Below are positions 51,510 to 61,621 of a stretch of DNA of 64,000 nucleotides, piece by piece. Location of the stretch: assembly GCA_035690065.1 (NCBI GenBank), contig DASSKW010000014.1:398-64397 (forward strand). Reading direction: 5' to 3'. A program made the translations under genes and the position numbers. Positions within the stretch are counted from its first letter, which is position 1. Every line of letters starts with the position of its first letter. The notes beneath the pieces are model-generated. The model was not told where the DNA came from. It worked only from the letters and a program-made list of their open reading frames with translations, and made no database searches. The DNA comes from Gammaproteobacteria bacterium. GTDB lineage: Bacteria; Pseudomonadota; Gammaproteobacteria; Natronospirales; REEB76.

Positions 51510-52226
51510 ATGAGACACGACAACCGCGCCACCGATGCGCTACGCCCCGTCACGCTCACGCGCCATTACACCAAACATGCGGAAGGTTCGGTGCTGGTAG
51601 CATTCGGCGATACCCGGGTACTGTGCACCGCGAGCGTGGAAGAGCGCGTGCCGGGTTTCCTGAAAGGTGCCGGCAAAGGTTGGGTGACAGCAGAATACGG
51701 CATGCTGCCGCGTGCCACGCACACGCGTTCGGATCGGGAAGCCGCGCGCGGTAAACAGGGCGGCCGTACCCTCGAGATCCAGCGTCTGATCGGCCGCGCC
51801 TTGCGCGCGGTGGTGGATATGGAAGCGCTCGGCGAACGCACCATCACCCTCGATTGCGACGTGTTACAGGCTGACGGCGGCACGCGTACTGCCGCGATCA
51901 CCGGCAGTTACGTCGCCTTGACGGATGCGATCCACGCCTTGCGTAAGCGCAAGCTGATCAAACGCGATCCGATCCACGGTGCAGTCGCAGCGGTATCGGT
52001 CGGCATCGTCGCCGGTGAACCGGTGCTGGATCTCGACTATCAGGAAGATTCGCACGCCGAGACCGACATGAACGTGGTGATGAACGATGCAGGCGCGTTC
52101 GTGGAAATCCAGGGTACTGCCGAAGGTCATGCATTCCGGCGCGATGAACTGGACCGGTTATTGGCACTGGCGAGCAGCGGTATCGAAACCCTGATCGCAA
52201 AACAACGCGCGGCTTTGGACGGATGA
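51510..52226 (+). CDS. rph: Ribonuclease PH
   Basis: '[32 protein letters not shown]' and '[15 protein letters not shown]'; 238 aa from the ATG at 51510. Confidence 0.95.
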   Translation: MRHDNRATDALRPVTLTRHYTKHAEGSVLVAFGDTRVLCTASVEERVPGFLKGAGKGWVTAEYGMLPRATHTRSDREAARGKQGGRTLEIQRLIGRALRAVVDMEALGERTITLDCDVLQADGGTRTAAITGSYVALTDAIHALRKRKLIKRDPIHGAVAAVSVGIVAGEPVLDLDYQEDSHAETDMNVVMNDAGAFVEIQGTAEGHAFRRDELDRLLALASSGIETLIAKQRAALDG

Positions 52227-52822
52227 GACGAGTCGTCCTCGCCACCGGCAATCCCGGCAAACTGCGCGAGTTGGTTGCGATGTTGGTGGGCAGCAATATC
52301 CAGGTCATACCGCAGACCGAATTCAAGGTCACCGAAGCCGAGGAAACCGGCCTGACATTCGTGGAAAACGCGATCCTCAAGGCGCGTAATGCCTCACGCC
52401 AGACCGGCCTGCCCGCAATCGCCGACGATTCCGGTCTGGAAGTGGACGCGCTCGACGGCGCGCCGGGAATCTATTCCGCACGTTATGCCGGCGAACACGC
52501 CAGCGATGCCGAAAACACTGGGAGATTGCTGTCCACATTGCAGGCTGTACCGCTCGAACGTCGCAGTGCGCGGTTTCGTTGCGCGATGGCGTTCATGCGG
52601 CATGCGTCGGACCCGGCTCCCATCATCTGCGAAGGTGTCTGGCAGGGCCGCATCCTCGCTGCACCGCGTGGCGACAATGGTTTCGGCTACGACCCCGTGT
52701 TCCTGGTCACCGAACGCGGCTGCTCCGCAGCGGAACTGTCGTCGGAGGAAAAGAACCGGCTCAGTCATCGCGGTCAGGCGTTGCAAAAACTGGTCGCTGC
52801 GCTGACCCAGATACCCGACTAA
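52223..52822 (+). CDS. rdgB: dITP/XTP pyrophosphatase
   Basis: '[11 protein letters not shown]' and 'FGYDPVF'; 4-nt overlap with rph. Confidence 0.92.
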   Translation: MRRVVLATGNPGKLRELVAMLVGSNIQVIPQTEFKVTEAEETGLTFVENAILKARNASRQTGLPAIADDSGLEVDALDGAPGIYSARYAGEHASDAENTGRLLSTLQAVPLERRSARFRCAMAFMRHASDPAPIICEGVWQGRILAAPRGDNGFGYDPVFLVTERGCSAAELSSEEKNRLSHRGQALQKLVAALTQIPD

Positions 52823-52846
52823 TAGCGCCGTTCGTGTATTAACCGC

Positions 52847-54010
52847 GTGACTGCCTTGCCTCAACTTTCTTTGTATGTGCACTTGCCCTGGTGCGTGCGC
52901 AAATGCCCTTATTGTGATTTCAATTCACATGCGCTGAAGACGAGCTTGCCCGAACGTGAATACGTCGATGCGCTGCTGCGCGATCTGGATCTCGATCTGC
53001 CGCGGGTGAGTGGGCGGTGCATCGAGACCGTGTTCTTTGGTGGCGGCACGCCGAGTCTGTTCAGTGCGGAAGCCATCGCCCGCTTGCTGGATGAAACCCG
53101 ACAGCGGATATCTTTTGCCGCCGGGTGCGAGATCACACTGGAAGCCAATCCCGGTACTGTGGAGCATGGCCGCTTCGCGGAATACAAGGCAGCTGGTATC
53201 ACTCGCCTGTCGATCGGCGTACAGAGTTTCGATCCGCAGCAACTGGAAAAACTCGGCCGCATCCACAGTACGGATGAAGCGGTCCGTGCAGCCGAAGAAG
53301 CTCACGCTGCGGGTCTCGACAACTTCAATCTCGACCTCATGTACGGGTTACCCGGGCAGACGCTCGCACAGGCCGAAGCGGACGTGCGCAGCGCGATCGC
53401 GCTCGCGCCCGCGCATCTGTCCCATTATCAGCTCACACTGGAACCCAACACCTTGTTCTATGCACAGCCCCCGTCGCTGCCGGAAGAGGATTCCATCTGG
53501 GCCATGCAGCAGGGTTGTCAGTCGCTACTCGAAGACAACGGCTATCTTCAATATGAGATATCCGCCTACGCTCGCTCCGGTCGGCAGTGCCTGCATAACC
53601 TGAACTACTGGCGATTCGGCGATTACCTGGGAATCGGCGCGGGCGCACACGGCAAACTGACAGATACCGACGGTAGCCGCTGGCGTCTCTGGAAAGTCAG
53701 GCATCCAGCAAGCTACCTGCGGGATGCCGGCAGCCCGGCAGGTATCGGCGGGGTCAATGTCGTGACGGCCACCGAGCTGGGTTTCGAGTTCATGCTCAAC
53801 CGGTTGCGGCTGATGGCTGGATTCACCGAAGCAGAATTCGCGATTGGCACTGGACAGGACTTCGACAGTGTCCGCCCGTCGGTTGAACGAGCGGTGGTAC
53901 TGGGTCTGCTAGCCGGCACAGGTGACGGCGGATGGCGAGTGACCGATCGGGGACATGCCTATCTAAATGAGTTACAACAGCTATTCCTGCCCGCCGCCGG
54001 AAAATCCTGA
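52847..54010 (+). CDS. hemW: Radical SAM heme chaperone HemW (HemN-like)
   Basis: GTG start; 'LYVHLPWCVRKCPYCDF' radical SAM motif; follows rdgB as in many proteobacteria. Confidence 0.9.
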   Translation: MTALPQLSLYVHLPWCVRKCPYCDFNSHALKTSLPEREYVDALLRDLDLDLPRVSGRCIETVFFGGGTPSLFSAEAIARLLDETRQRISFAAGCEITLEANPGTVEHGRFAEYKAAGITRLSIGVQSFDPQQLEKLGRIHSTDEAVRAAEEAHAAGLDNFNLDLMYGLPGQTLAQAEADVRSAIALAPAHLSHYQLTLEPNTLFYAQPPSLPEEDSIWAMQQGCQSLLEDNGYLQYEISAYARSGRQCLHNLNYWRFGDYLGIGAGAHGKLTDTDGSRWRLWKVRHPASYLRDAGSPAGIGGVNVVTATELGFEFMLNRLRLMAGFTEAEFAIGTGQDFDSVRPSVERAVVLGLLAGTGDGGWRVTDRGHAYLNELQQLFLPAAGKS

Positions 54011-54507
54011 TCCCGCCGCTGGCAACCCCGCCTGAACCAGGCAAAACACGGAGCCGCGATGGCCGGTTACCGTCCTGCCCCCTGCGCGCCCCGCAGTCGG
54101 TACCGACTGGCGATCCTGCATCACACCAGCCTGCGGTTGCGCTGGCCGGATAGAGACAGGGTCGCCGATCTGGAAACACTCACCCCTGAAGACCTCGATA
54201 CCCGCGGCGGCAAAGAGTTTCTGTAAGCTCGCAACACCGCCCGAGATTCCGGCTGGACCGGATCATGACGCTACCACCAGCCGTCATGCCATCGGCCTCA
54301 TAAAATGGTTTTTCCGCCCCGAACAAGAGGTTATGCACACATGCTGGTTCTGGACTTAATCCGTGGAACCGCCGTGCATGTTCCGCAACGCCTGACTGGA
54401 GAATTTCTGTAACCTATTGTATTAATAGATTTATTTTCCTGTTCAAGAATTCACCGTTTTGAAACAAATCAAGCCCGGACAGGGACTTGGCAACACCCGG
54501 TAGCATT

Positions 54508-54542
54508 CCATCCACAGAGTTATCCACAGATTTTGTGGAAAA
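54508..54542. promoter_or_regulatory. Cluster of DnaA-box-like 9-mers upstream of rpmE
   Basis: CCATCCACA (54508-16, 2 mismatches), TTATCCACA (54520-28, perfect) and the inverted TGTGGAAAA (54534-42, 1 mismatch). A further TTATGCACA (= TTATNCACA) lies at 54331-54339. Confidence 0.45.
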
Positions 54543-54729
54543 GCTGTTTTCCTCTGTGACAGCAATCAGTTAGTGAAATTGGATGAAGTAAATCCTGATG
54601 AATCACCTGTAACTGTCCATCGTGACCCCGATACATCTATATCTGTATCGCTACTTGCCCGGCCAGAGGCTGCGGAGTATCATGCGCGGCTCTCAAAAAT
54701 GGCTTAAGGCCCGCGATCCAGAGGTTTCC

Positions 54730-54939
54730 ATGAAAGCCGGCATCCACCCTGAATACACGCAGATTAACGTCACCTGCAGTTGCGGTAATACGTTCCAGAC
54801 CCGCTCCACCCTGGGACATGATCTGCACGTGGAAGTATGCTCAAGCTGCCACCCGTTCTTCACCGGCAAGCAGAAGATCGTCGATACGGCCGGCCGAGTG
54901 GACAAATTCCGCAAAAAATACGGCAACAAATCCGCATAG
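54730..54939 (+). CDS. rpmE: 50S ribosomal protein L31 (Zn-ribbon, C+ form)
   Basis: '[20 protein letters not shown]...[13 protein letters not shown]' is collinear with E. coli L31. GAGG SD at 54721. Confidence 0.95.
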   Translation: MKAGIHPEYTQINVTCSCGNTFQTRSTLGHDLHVEVCSSCHPFFTGKQKIVDTAGRVDKFRKKYGNKSA

Positions 54940-54974
54940 TCGTATCGCACGACGTGCTGACGATTGGATGACAG

Positions 54975-55002
54975 CGAGGCGCCCACGGCGCCTCGTGTCG
55001 TT
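54975..55002 (+). terminator. Possible terminator after rpmE
   Basis: 9-bp stem 'cgaggcgcc/ggcgcctcg', loop 'cac', followed by a weak T-rich 'tgtcgtt'. Confidence 0.45.
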
Positions 55003-55336
55003 AAGGGAGCTGCTCTCAGGGAGTTACCCGGCCCGGCAGGGCGATGACTTGCGGTCAGCGAAGATTCGGGACCGCCAGTGATACAATGCACTGTCTGGCC
55101 ATGTGCCAGACACCCTCAAAGGGCCATGTCTCATCTCCATGAGCATGCTCTTTTTGTCGGCGCCCATATTTTTCAGGACTGCCTGCCCCTTGAGATAAAC
55201 TGCGGCCTGCCGCCTGATCCTGTGGGCACCTTCCTGTTCGTGCGCCAGCCCGGGCGGCTTGGTTCGTATCCAGCCCCCGTGCCACGTTCGTGACCCCGCC
55301 TGCCTGTGGCGCCGGCGGATACCGGAGATTCATGCG

Positions 55337-56632
55337 ATGAGCAGCAAGCTGTACAAAATCACTGCCCCGGATAACAAGACCAGTGAACTTCCGCTCCGCG
55401 AAGGCACCTTGGGCCCGGCCACGCTCGACATCGGCGGCCTGTACAAGGATCAGGGCATCTTCACCTTCGACCCGGGCTTCGTCGCGACCGCAAGTTGTGA
55501 GAGCAAGATCACCTACATCGACGGCGACAAGGGTGTGCTGCTATATCGCGGCTACCCCGTGGACCAGTTGGCCGGGAAAAGCAGCTTCCTGGAAGTCGCC
55601 TACCTGATCCTGTACGGGGAATTGCCGACCCAGCCCCAGCTGGATAACTTCGTAAATATCATCCAGCATCATTCCCTGGTGAACGAAGCCATCCTGCGCT
55701 TCTTCAACGGTTTTCATTACGACGCCCACCCCATGGCGATGATGACGGCGGTGGTCGGTTCGCTATCAGCCTTCTACCACGACTCCACCGACATCCATGA
55801 CCCCAAACACCGGGAAGTGTTCGCACACCGGATCATCGCCAAGATGCCGACCCTGGCGGCGGCGGTGTACAAGCACAGCATCGGGCAGCCGTTTGTGTAT
55901 CCGCATAACGATCTCGGTTACTGTGCCAATTTCCTGCACATGCTGTTTTCGGTACCGGCGGAGCAATACCGGGTCGATCCGGTCGCAGCCGAGGCACTGG
56001 ATCTGCTGTTCATCCTGCACGCCGATCACGAACAGAATGCCAGCACTTCTACCGTACGCCTGGCTGGCAGTTCCGGCACCAATCCGTATGCCGCCATCGC
56101 AGCGGGCATCGCCACCCTGTGGGGGCCGGCGCACGGCGGTGCCAACGAAGCCGTGCTCAACATGCTGAAAGAGATCGGCGATGTGAAGAACATCGACAAG
56201 GCAATTGCGAAAGCCAAGGACAAGAATTCCGGATTCCGGCTGATGGGCTTCGGCCATCGTGTCTACAAGAATTACGATCCGCGTGCCCAGATCATCCGCG
56301 CGACCTGCCACAAGGTCTTGAAGAAACTTGGCCGCGACGACGATCCGCAACTGGAACTCGCGCTGCGTCTGGAAGAGATCGCGCTCAAGGATGAATACTT
56401 CATCGAGAAGAAACTGTATCCGAACGTGGATTTCTATTCCGGCATCATCTACCGGGCACTTGGTATCCCGGTGCACATGATGACTGTGATGTTTGCCATC
56501 GCCCGTACCGTGGGTTGGGTGGCTCACTGGCAGGAGATGATCGCTGACCCGCACATGAAGATCGGCCGGCCGCGTCAGCTCTACACCGGCGCGGTGAAAC
56601 GCGACTACACGGAAATCAGCAAGCGTAAATAG
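55337..56632 (+). CDS. gltA: Citrate synthase (type II, hexameric type)
   Basis: 431 aa from the ATG at 55337, with signature '[13 protein letters not shown]' and '[11 protein letters not shown]'. Confidence 0.95.
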   Translation: MSSKLYKITAPDNKTSELPLREGTLGPATLDIGGLYKDQGIFTFDPGFVATASCESKITYIDGDKGVLLYRGYPVDQLAGKSSFLEVAYLILYGELPTQPQLDNFVNIIQHHSLVNEAILRFFNGFHYDAHPMAMMTAVVGSLSAFYHDSTDIHDPKHREVFAHRIIAKMPTLAAAVYKHSIGQPFVYPHNDLGYCANFLHMLFSVPAEQYRVDPVAAEALDLLFILHADHEQNASTSTVRLAGSSGTNPYAAIAAGIATLWGPAHGGANEAVLNMLKEIGDVKNIDKAIAKAKDKNSGFRLMGFGHRVYKNYDPRAQIIRATCHKVLKKLGRDDDPQLELALRLEEIALKDEYFIEKKLYPNVDFYSGIIYRALGIPVHMMTVMFAIARTVGWVAHWQEMIADPHMKIGRPRQLYTGAVKRDYTEISKRK

Positions 56633-56657
56633 CGAAGATTCGGATCTCTGCATCTTC

Positions 56658-56702
56658 AGTAATAAAGAAGCGGCTCCCATGGGAGCCGCTTCTTTATTAC
56701 TG
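56658..56702. terminator. Bidirectional terminator between gltA and the convergent gene
   Basis: Near-perfect palindrome 'agtaataaagaagcggctccc-atg-ggagccgcttctttattact', with AT-rich outer stem halves providing U-runs on both strands. Confidence 0.8.
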
Positions 56703-56723
56703 AGCAGCAAATATCCCGTGTTC

Positions 56724-57344
56724 TTAACCGCTCACTGCAAGCAACAGCTCAAGATCGCGCAGTGAGGCACGCCGCATCGGCCGGCCATCGACCGGACTGG
56801 CCGGTGCTTCGCGGATACCGTCCACGCCGAACACCGTGAGTTCGATCGGGATGTCGCCTGCGACGAACCGGTACACCGGATATTCATGCACGACACCGCG
56901 GCCCGATTTCAGTTTGCGCGCCGACACTTCGTAAGGGATGTTCTTTTCCATCAGGAATATCGCCACTTGCTCCGGCATATCACTGAATACATGCAGGTAG
57001 ATGACGGCGTGTGCGGCCGCGGTACCGGCCAGCACCGGCCCCACCAGACGCGCATTGAAACGCTCCAGCAACTGCATGGCTTCACGTGCGGTGCGACGCA
57101 GATTGCGCAGTTGCAGGGGTTGGGAGTCGGATTGAAACAGCCGCTGTCGCTCCACCAGCGCCTCTTCCACTTCAATGTTGGTCGGCATATGCAGGCTGCG
57201 AGGGTCGAACCCCAGGCGCTCGGCAGCTTTGCGTTTCGCAAACAGGAAATCGCGCACGCCTTCTTCGGCCATGATGCGGGCGGCTTCCTGCGTCAACAGA
57301 CGCCGCGAATCGTCACTGCGTAGCGAGGGGCGTCGGGTCATCAT
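56724..57344 (-). CDS. Conserved hypothetical protein
   Basis: 206-aa ORF with coding-like composition, bracketed by a terminator and mrcA. I recognise no diagnostic motif; a degenerate nucleotidyltransferase-like segment 'GPVLAGTAAAHAVIYLHVFSD' is only a guess. Confidence 0.5.
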   Translation of the reverse strand: MMTRRPSLRSDDSRRLLTQEAARIMAEEGVRDFLFAKRKAAERLGFDPRSLHMPTNIEVEEALVERQRLFQSDSQPLQLRNLRRTAREAMQLLERFNARLVGPVLAGTAAAHAVIYLHVFSDMPEQVAIFLMEKNIPYEVSARKLKSGRGVVHEYPVYRFVAGDIPIELTVFGVDGIREAPASPVDGRPMRRASLRDLELLLAVSG

Positions 57345-57386
57345 TGCTCTGCCAAAGGCGCCTCGAAAAAGAGTAGCACATCCTTC

Positions 57387-59795
57387 TTAAAACAGATCGG
57401 AGCCGTTGCTCTGTTTCTTCTTGTCAGGTGCTTTCTCGGGCAGATGTCCCGCTTCGAAGTATTCCCAGATCGAGCCGGGTGAGGTGGCACTGACCAGCAA
57501 ACCTGTCACCGGATCTATGCGTGCACGTACCAGTCCGGGCGGCTGAGGATAGGGATCGGCTGGTTGCGGTACGCCCTGCAAGGCAGAACCCATGAAACTC
57601 GTCCAGATCGGCAATGCCGCACGGGCGCCCTGCTCGCCGTTGCCCAGCGATTGCGAAGGCTGGTCATTACCTACCCAGACCACGGTGGCGATGTCGTTGT
57701 TGAACCCGTCGAACCAGGCATCGGTCCAACCGTTGGTAGTCCCTGTTTTGCCGGCCAGATCGTCACGGCCCAGCGCGCGGGCCTGCTGTCCGGTGCCGTA
57801 ATTGATAACATCCTGCATCATACTGGTCATCAACCAATCGTTCTGTGGCGAGATTACCTGTGGTGCAAATTGCGGCATCACAGGTGGCGGACCTGCTGTC
57901 GCGGGGGCGAGCGTCTTGATAGCGCCGCTGGTATCCACACTGCAGGTGTCACAGGCCAGGGTCGGATCGGCTTCGAAGACCGTCTTGCCCGAACCGTCCT
58001 CGATACGCTGGATGTAATACGGCGTGACACGAAAACCGTGATTCGCAAATACCGCGTAGCCGCGCACCATCTCCAACGGCGTAAGGCTGGCACTGCCGAG
58101 TGCCAAGGTAAGGTTCTGTGGCAGTTCAGTCGGATCAAAACCGAATTTCTTGACGTAATCGATCGCGTAATCGATCCCGATCTGCTGCAATACCCGGATC
58201 GACACCAGGTTCAACGAATGCACCAGCGCGTTGCGCAAGCGCGTCGGACCGCTGAATTCGCCCTCCTCGTAATTGCCCGGCCGCCAGGCGCCGAGCGCCG
58301 GATCTTTCACCACCACCGGCGCATCATTCACGACGCTGGCCGGCGTAAATCCGTGTTCCAGCGCAGCCGAATAATAGAAAGGCTTGAATGAAGAGCCAGG
58401 CTGGCGATGCGCCTGCGTGACGCGATTGAACTTGCTGGTATTGAAATCGAAGCCGCCTACCAGCGACACGATGGCGCCATCGAATGGATCCACCGATACC
58501 AGAGCGCTCTGCGCCGTCGGCACCTGGGCCAGACTCCAGTCGCCTTTGTCATCCTGATGCAGGTAGACGATATCGCCGCGCTTGAAGATATCCGAAGCCT
58601 GTTTGGGGCTGGCCCCGACCGAGTTGATGTCGAGGTATTTACGCGCCCACTTGAGCCCGTCCCAATCCACATGTACCAGGCCGATGCCATCTGCATACAG
58701 TTCGGCACTCTGGTCCTGCACCGTGATCACCAGTGATGGATACAAGTCGCCGACATGATCCCGGTTATCCACAGCCTGTTTGAACTCTGCCTCTCCTGCC
58801 GTGCTTGGCAGATCCACGTGTGCGATAGCGCCTCGCCAGCCATGGCGCCGGTCGTAATCGAGCAAACCTTGGCGCAAGGCCGCGACCGCTTTCGGCTGCA
58901 GGCGGCTATCGATGGTCGTGATGACTGAATAGCCGGCGGTGTAAGCGTCGTCGCCGTACTTGGCGACCATGTCATTGCGCACCATCTCGGCTAGATAAGG
59001 TGCGCTCACGGCCGCGGTTGGCTCATGGTAGGTCGCCGTAAGCGGCGCTGCCATCGCCTGGTTGTACTGGTCCTGGGTGATATAGCCGTCGGACAACATT
59101 CGCCCCAATACATAGCCACGCCGGGCCAAGGCGCGCTGTGGGTTGGCGAGCGGATTCGCTGCCGAAGGCGCCTGGGGCAGACCGGCAATCATGGCGATCT
59201 GGGCCAGGGTCAGATGGCTGACATCCGTTCCGTAGTAGACCTGCGCTGCCGCTCCCGCGCCATAGGCGCGGCTACCGAGATAGATCTTGTTGATATACAA
59301 GGTGAGGATGTCCTGTTTGGACAGCTCACGCTCGATCTTGAGCGCCAGGAACGCCTCGCGGATCTTGCGGCTGAAGGTCTTCTTGCGGGTCAGGAAGAAA
59401 TCGCGCGCCACCTGCATGGTGATGGTGCCGCCGCCCTGACTGCGCTCGCCGGTGAGCGCCAGGTGGATAGCCGCCCGCAACACCCCCTCCACGTCGATAC
59501 CGGGATGCTCCCAGAAATGCTCATCCTCGGCGGCCACGAAGGCATTCACCATCGGTTTGGGTATCTGCTCGAAGGACAGCGGAATCCGGCGTTTTTCCCC
59601 GAATTGGGCCAACAGACGCCCGTCCCGGGTATAGACCCGCAGCGGAACCTGGAGGCGGATATCCTTGAGAACCGCCACCGAAGGCAGACTGGGGGCTACA
59701 TAAAGGTAGGCGATCACTACCCCCAGCACCCCCAATCCAAAGAGGGCCAGACCGGCAGCAATCACAACATATAGTGCTTTTGGCAAACGGGGCAT
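57387..59795 (-). CDS. mrcA: Penicillin-binding protein 1A (bifunctional transglycosylase/transpeptidase)
   Basis: GT51 motif 'EDEHFWEHPGID' and transpeptidase motifs 'SSFKP', 'SLN' and 'KTGTT'. Divergent from pilM, as in Pseudomonas ponA-pilM. Confidence 0.93.
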   Translation of the reverse strand: MPRLPKALYVVIAAGLALFGLGVLGVVIAYLYVAPSLPSVAVLKDIRLQVPLRVYTRDGRLLAQFGEKRRIPLSFEQIPKPMVNAFVAAEDEHFWEHPGIDVEGVLRAAIHLALTGERSQGGGTITMQVARDFFLTRKKTFSRKIREAFLALKIERELSKQDILTLYINKIYLGSRAYGAGAAAQVYYGTDVSHLTLAQIAMIAGLPQAPSAANPLANPQRALARRGYVLGRMLSDGYITQDQYNQAMAAPLTATYHEPTAAVSAPYLAEMVRNDMVAKYGDDAYTAGYSVITTIDSRLQPKAVAALRQGLLDYDRRHGWRGAIAHVDLPSTAGEAEFKQAVDNRDHVGDLYPSLVITVQDQSAELYADGIGLVHVDWDGLKWARKYLDINSVGASPKQASDIFKRGDIVYLHQDDKGDWSLAQVPTAQSALVSVDPFDGAIVSLVGGFDFNTSKFNRVTQAHRQPGSSFKPFYYSAALEHGFTPASVVNDAPVVVKDPALGAWRPGNYEEGEFSGPTRLRNALVHSLNLVSIRVLQQIGIDYAIDYVKKFGFDPTELPQNLTLALGSASLTPLEMVRGYAVFANHGFRVTPYYIQRIEDGSGKTVFEADPTLACDTCSVDTSGAIKTLAPATAGPPPVMPQFAPQVISPQNDWLMTSMMQDVINYGTGQQARALGRDDLAGKTGTTNGWTDAWFDGFNNDIATVVWVGNDQPSQSLGNGEQGARAALPIWTSFMGSALQGVPQPADPYPQPPGLVRARIDPVTGLLVSATSPGSIWEYFEAGHLPEKAPDKKKQSNGSDLF

Positions 59796-59971
59796 GCGAT
59801 ACCTGCGACAAGGCCCTCAGGGCCGGGTTGGGGTGCTCGCAAAGCGCACACCCGAAAATGGAAAAACTATATTTGATTTAATCATTTATTGATATATATT
59901 GAAGCTGTGACTTAAGACCTGGAGAGGCCCCAAGGGGACCCGACCACAGAAAATTAGCGAAGGGTAAACGC

Positions 59972-61030
59972 GTGCTTTTCAAGCCATCGTCACATCCTCT
60001 CGTGGGAATTGATATCAGTACTTCCTCGGTGAAGCTGATCGAACTCTCCAAGAGTGGTGGAATCTACAAAGTAGAGAGCTTCGCTGCCGAAGCCATGCCT
60101 GCCAATGCTATCACCGACAAGGTGATCATGGACGTGGAAGCGGTCGGCGATGCCGTGCGCAAGGCAGTCAAGCGCGCCAGCCCCAATAGCAAACTTGCCG
60201 CCGTCGCGATCGGCGGGCAGGTCATGACCAAGACGATCCAGATGCCCATCACCCTGTCTGATAAAGATCTGGGTGAGCAAATCGAGCTCCAGGCCGACCA
60301 ATATATCTCCCAGCCACTTGAAGAAGTGGCATTCGACTATGAAATCCTCGGTGCTTCGGAAAACGACCCCGATCTGGTGGACGTCCTGCTGGTCGCCGCA
60401 CGCCTGGAGAACGTTCAGAAACTCCAGAGTGTGATGGATGTCGCCGGGCTCACCGCCAAAGTAGTAGACGTCGAAGTCTTCGCGCTGGAAAACGCGGTGG
60501 AACTGCTTATCTACCAGATGATGGATGAAGGGCTCGACCGCACCATCGGCCTGGTGGATTTCGGTGCCGCGACCACTACCTTCAGCGTGGTCCATGACCG
60601 CAAGATCATCTACAACTACAACAGCGATTTCGGTGGCAAGCTGCTCACCGAAGAAATCATGCGTCATTACGGCCTGACTTACGAAGAAGCCGGCAAAGCC
60701 AAGAAGGAAGGCGGACTACCCAATAATTACAAAGTCGAGATTCTCGACCCCTTCATGGATGACATGGCGCAGGCCGTGAATCGTTCACTACAGTTCTATC
60801 AGTCCTCCACCAGCGAACACCAGCACCTCGACCAGATCATCGTGTGTGGTGGTTGTGCCTCCATACCGGGGGCTGCCGAACGTATCAGCGAACGTCTGGG
60901 TACACCGGCACTGGTAGGCAATCCGTTCGGCAAGATGAAACTGTCCTCACGCGCCAAGGCACAGCTTGCCGAGAATGAAGCCTCTGCTCTGCTGATTGCG
61001 TGCGGCTTGGCCTTACGGAGCTTCGACTGA
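59972..61030 (+). CDS. pilM: Type IV pilus assembly protein PilM
   Basis: GTG start; actin-like ATPase fold with 'VGIDISTSSVKLIEL'; first gene of pilMNOPQ. Confidence 0.92.
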   Translation: MLFKPSSHPLVGIDISTSSVKLIELSKSGGIYKVESFAAEAMPANAITDKVIMDVEAVGDAVRKAVKRASPNSKLAAVAIGGQVMTKTIQMPITLSDKDLGEQIELQADQYISQPLEEVAFDYEILGASENDPDLVDVLLVAARLENVQKLQSVMDVAGLTAKVVDVEVFALENAVELLIYQMMDEGLDRTIGLVDFGAATTTFSVVHDRKIIYNYNSDFGGKLLTEEIMRHYGLTYEEAGKAKKEGGLPNNYKVEILDPFMDDMAQAVNRSLQFYQSSTSEHQHLDQIIVCGGCASIPGAAERISERLGTPALVGNPFGKMKLSSRAKAQLAENEASALLIACGLALRSFD

Positions 61031-61031
61031 C

Positions 61032-61619
61032 ATGCCACGTATAAACCTGCTCCCCTGGCGCGAAGAACGGCGCAAACAACGTCAGCAGTCTTTCAATCTG
61101 CTGGCCGGTGTCGTGGTAGGCGTTGCGGCGTTCGTGGTCCTGTCCATGTATGGTCTGGCGAGTGCGGCAATCTCAAATCAGGATGCGCGTAACGCATACC
61201 TCAAAGAACAGATTTCCGGCCTCGATAAACAGATAGCCCAGATCAAGGACCTGCAGGACACCAAGCAGCAACTTCTGGCACGCATGCAGATCATCGAACA
61301 ATTGCAGCAGAGCCGTCCCACCGAAGTCCACGTATTCGATCAACTGGTCCAGACTCTGCCGCCGGGCGTCTATCTGACACACGTAGTGCAGAAGGGATCC
61401 GAGCTCAGCATCGACGGTATCGCTGAATCCAGTGCACGCGTCTCGGCTTACATGCGCAATATCGATAGCTCGATGTGGTTGAGTGATCCGAATCTGCAGG
61501 TGGTACAGAAAGACAGCTCGGTGAAACCCAACGCGCATGTCCAGAAATTTTCGGTCACCGCAAAGATTACAGATAAGGCTGCCGCAGCAGCCAAGAAAAA
61601 CGCCAAGGGGGGCAAGTAG
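61032..61619 (+). CDS. pilN: Type IV pilus assembly protein PilN
   Basis: 'MPRINLLPWREERRKQR', then a single TM helix and a coiled coil. Confidence 0.88.
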   Translation: MPRINLLPWREERRKQRQQSFNLLAGVVVGVAAFVVLSMYGLASAAISNQDARNAYLKEQISGLDKQIAQIKDLQDTKQQLLARMQIIEQLQQSRPTEVHVFDQLVQTLPPGVYLTHVVQKGSELSIDGIAESSARVSAYMRNIDSSMWLSDPNLQVVQKDSSVKPNAHVQKFSVTAKITDKAAAAAKKNAKGGK

Positions 61620-61621
61620 CC

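Noticed and set aside
54059-54226. 55-codon ORF (MAGYRPAPCAPRSRYRLAILHHTSLRLRWPDRDRVADLETLTPEDLDTRGGKEFL) with a GGAG 5 nt upstream, in the hemW-rpmE spacer.
   Set aside because: It has no recognisable family and an Arg/Pro-rich composition like the random frames in this GC-rich DNA. It is kept only as a note inside the spacer finding and could be a gene remnant.
54011-54729. Calling the hemW-rpmE spacer the chromosomal origin (oriC).
   Set aside because: Only two 9-mers match the DnaA-box consensus perfectly. I could not identify 13-mer-type AT repeats or a DnaA-trio, and no dnaA, dnaN, gidA or rpmH is nearby. It is therefore reported as a DnaA-box cluster of unknown role, not as oriC.
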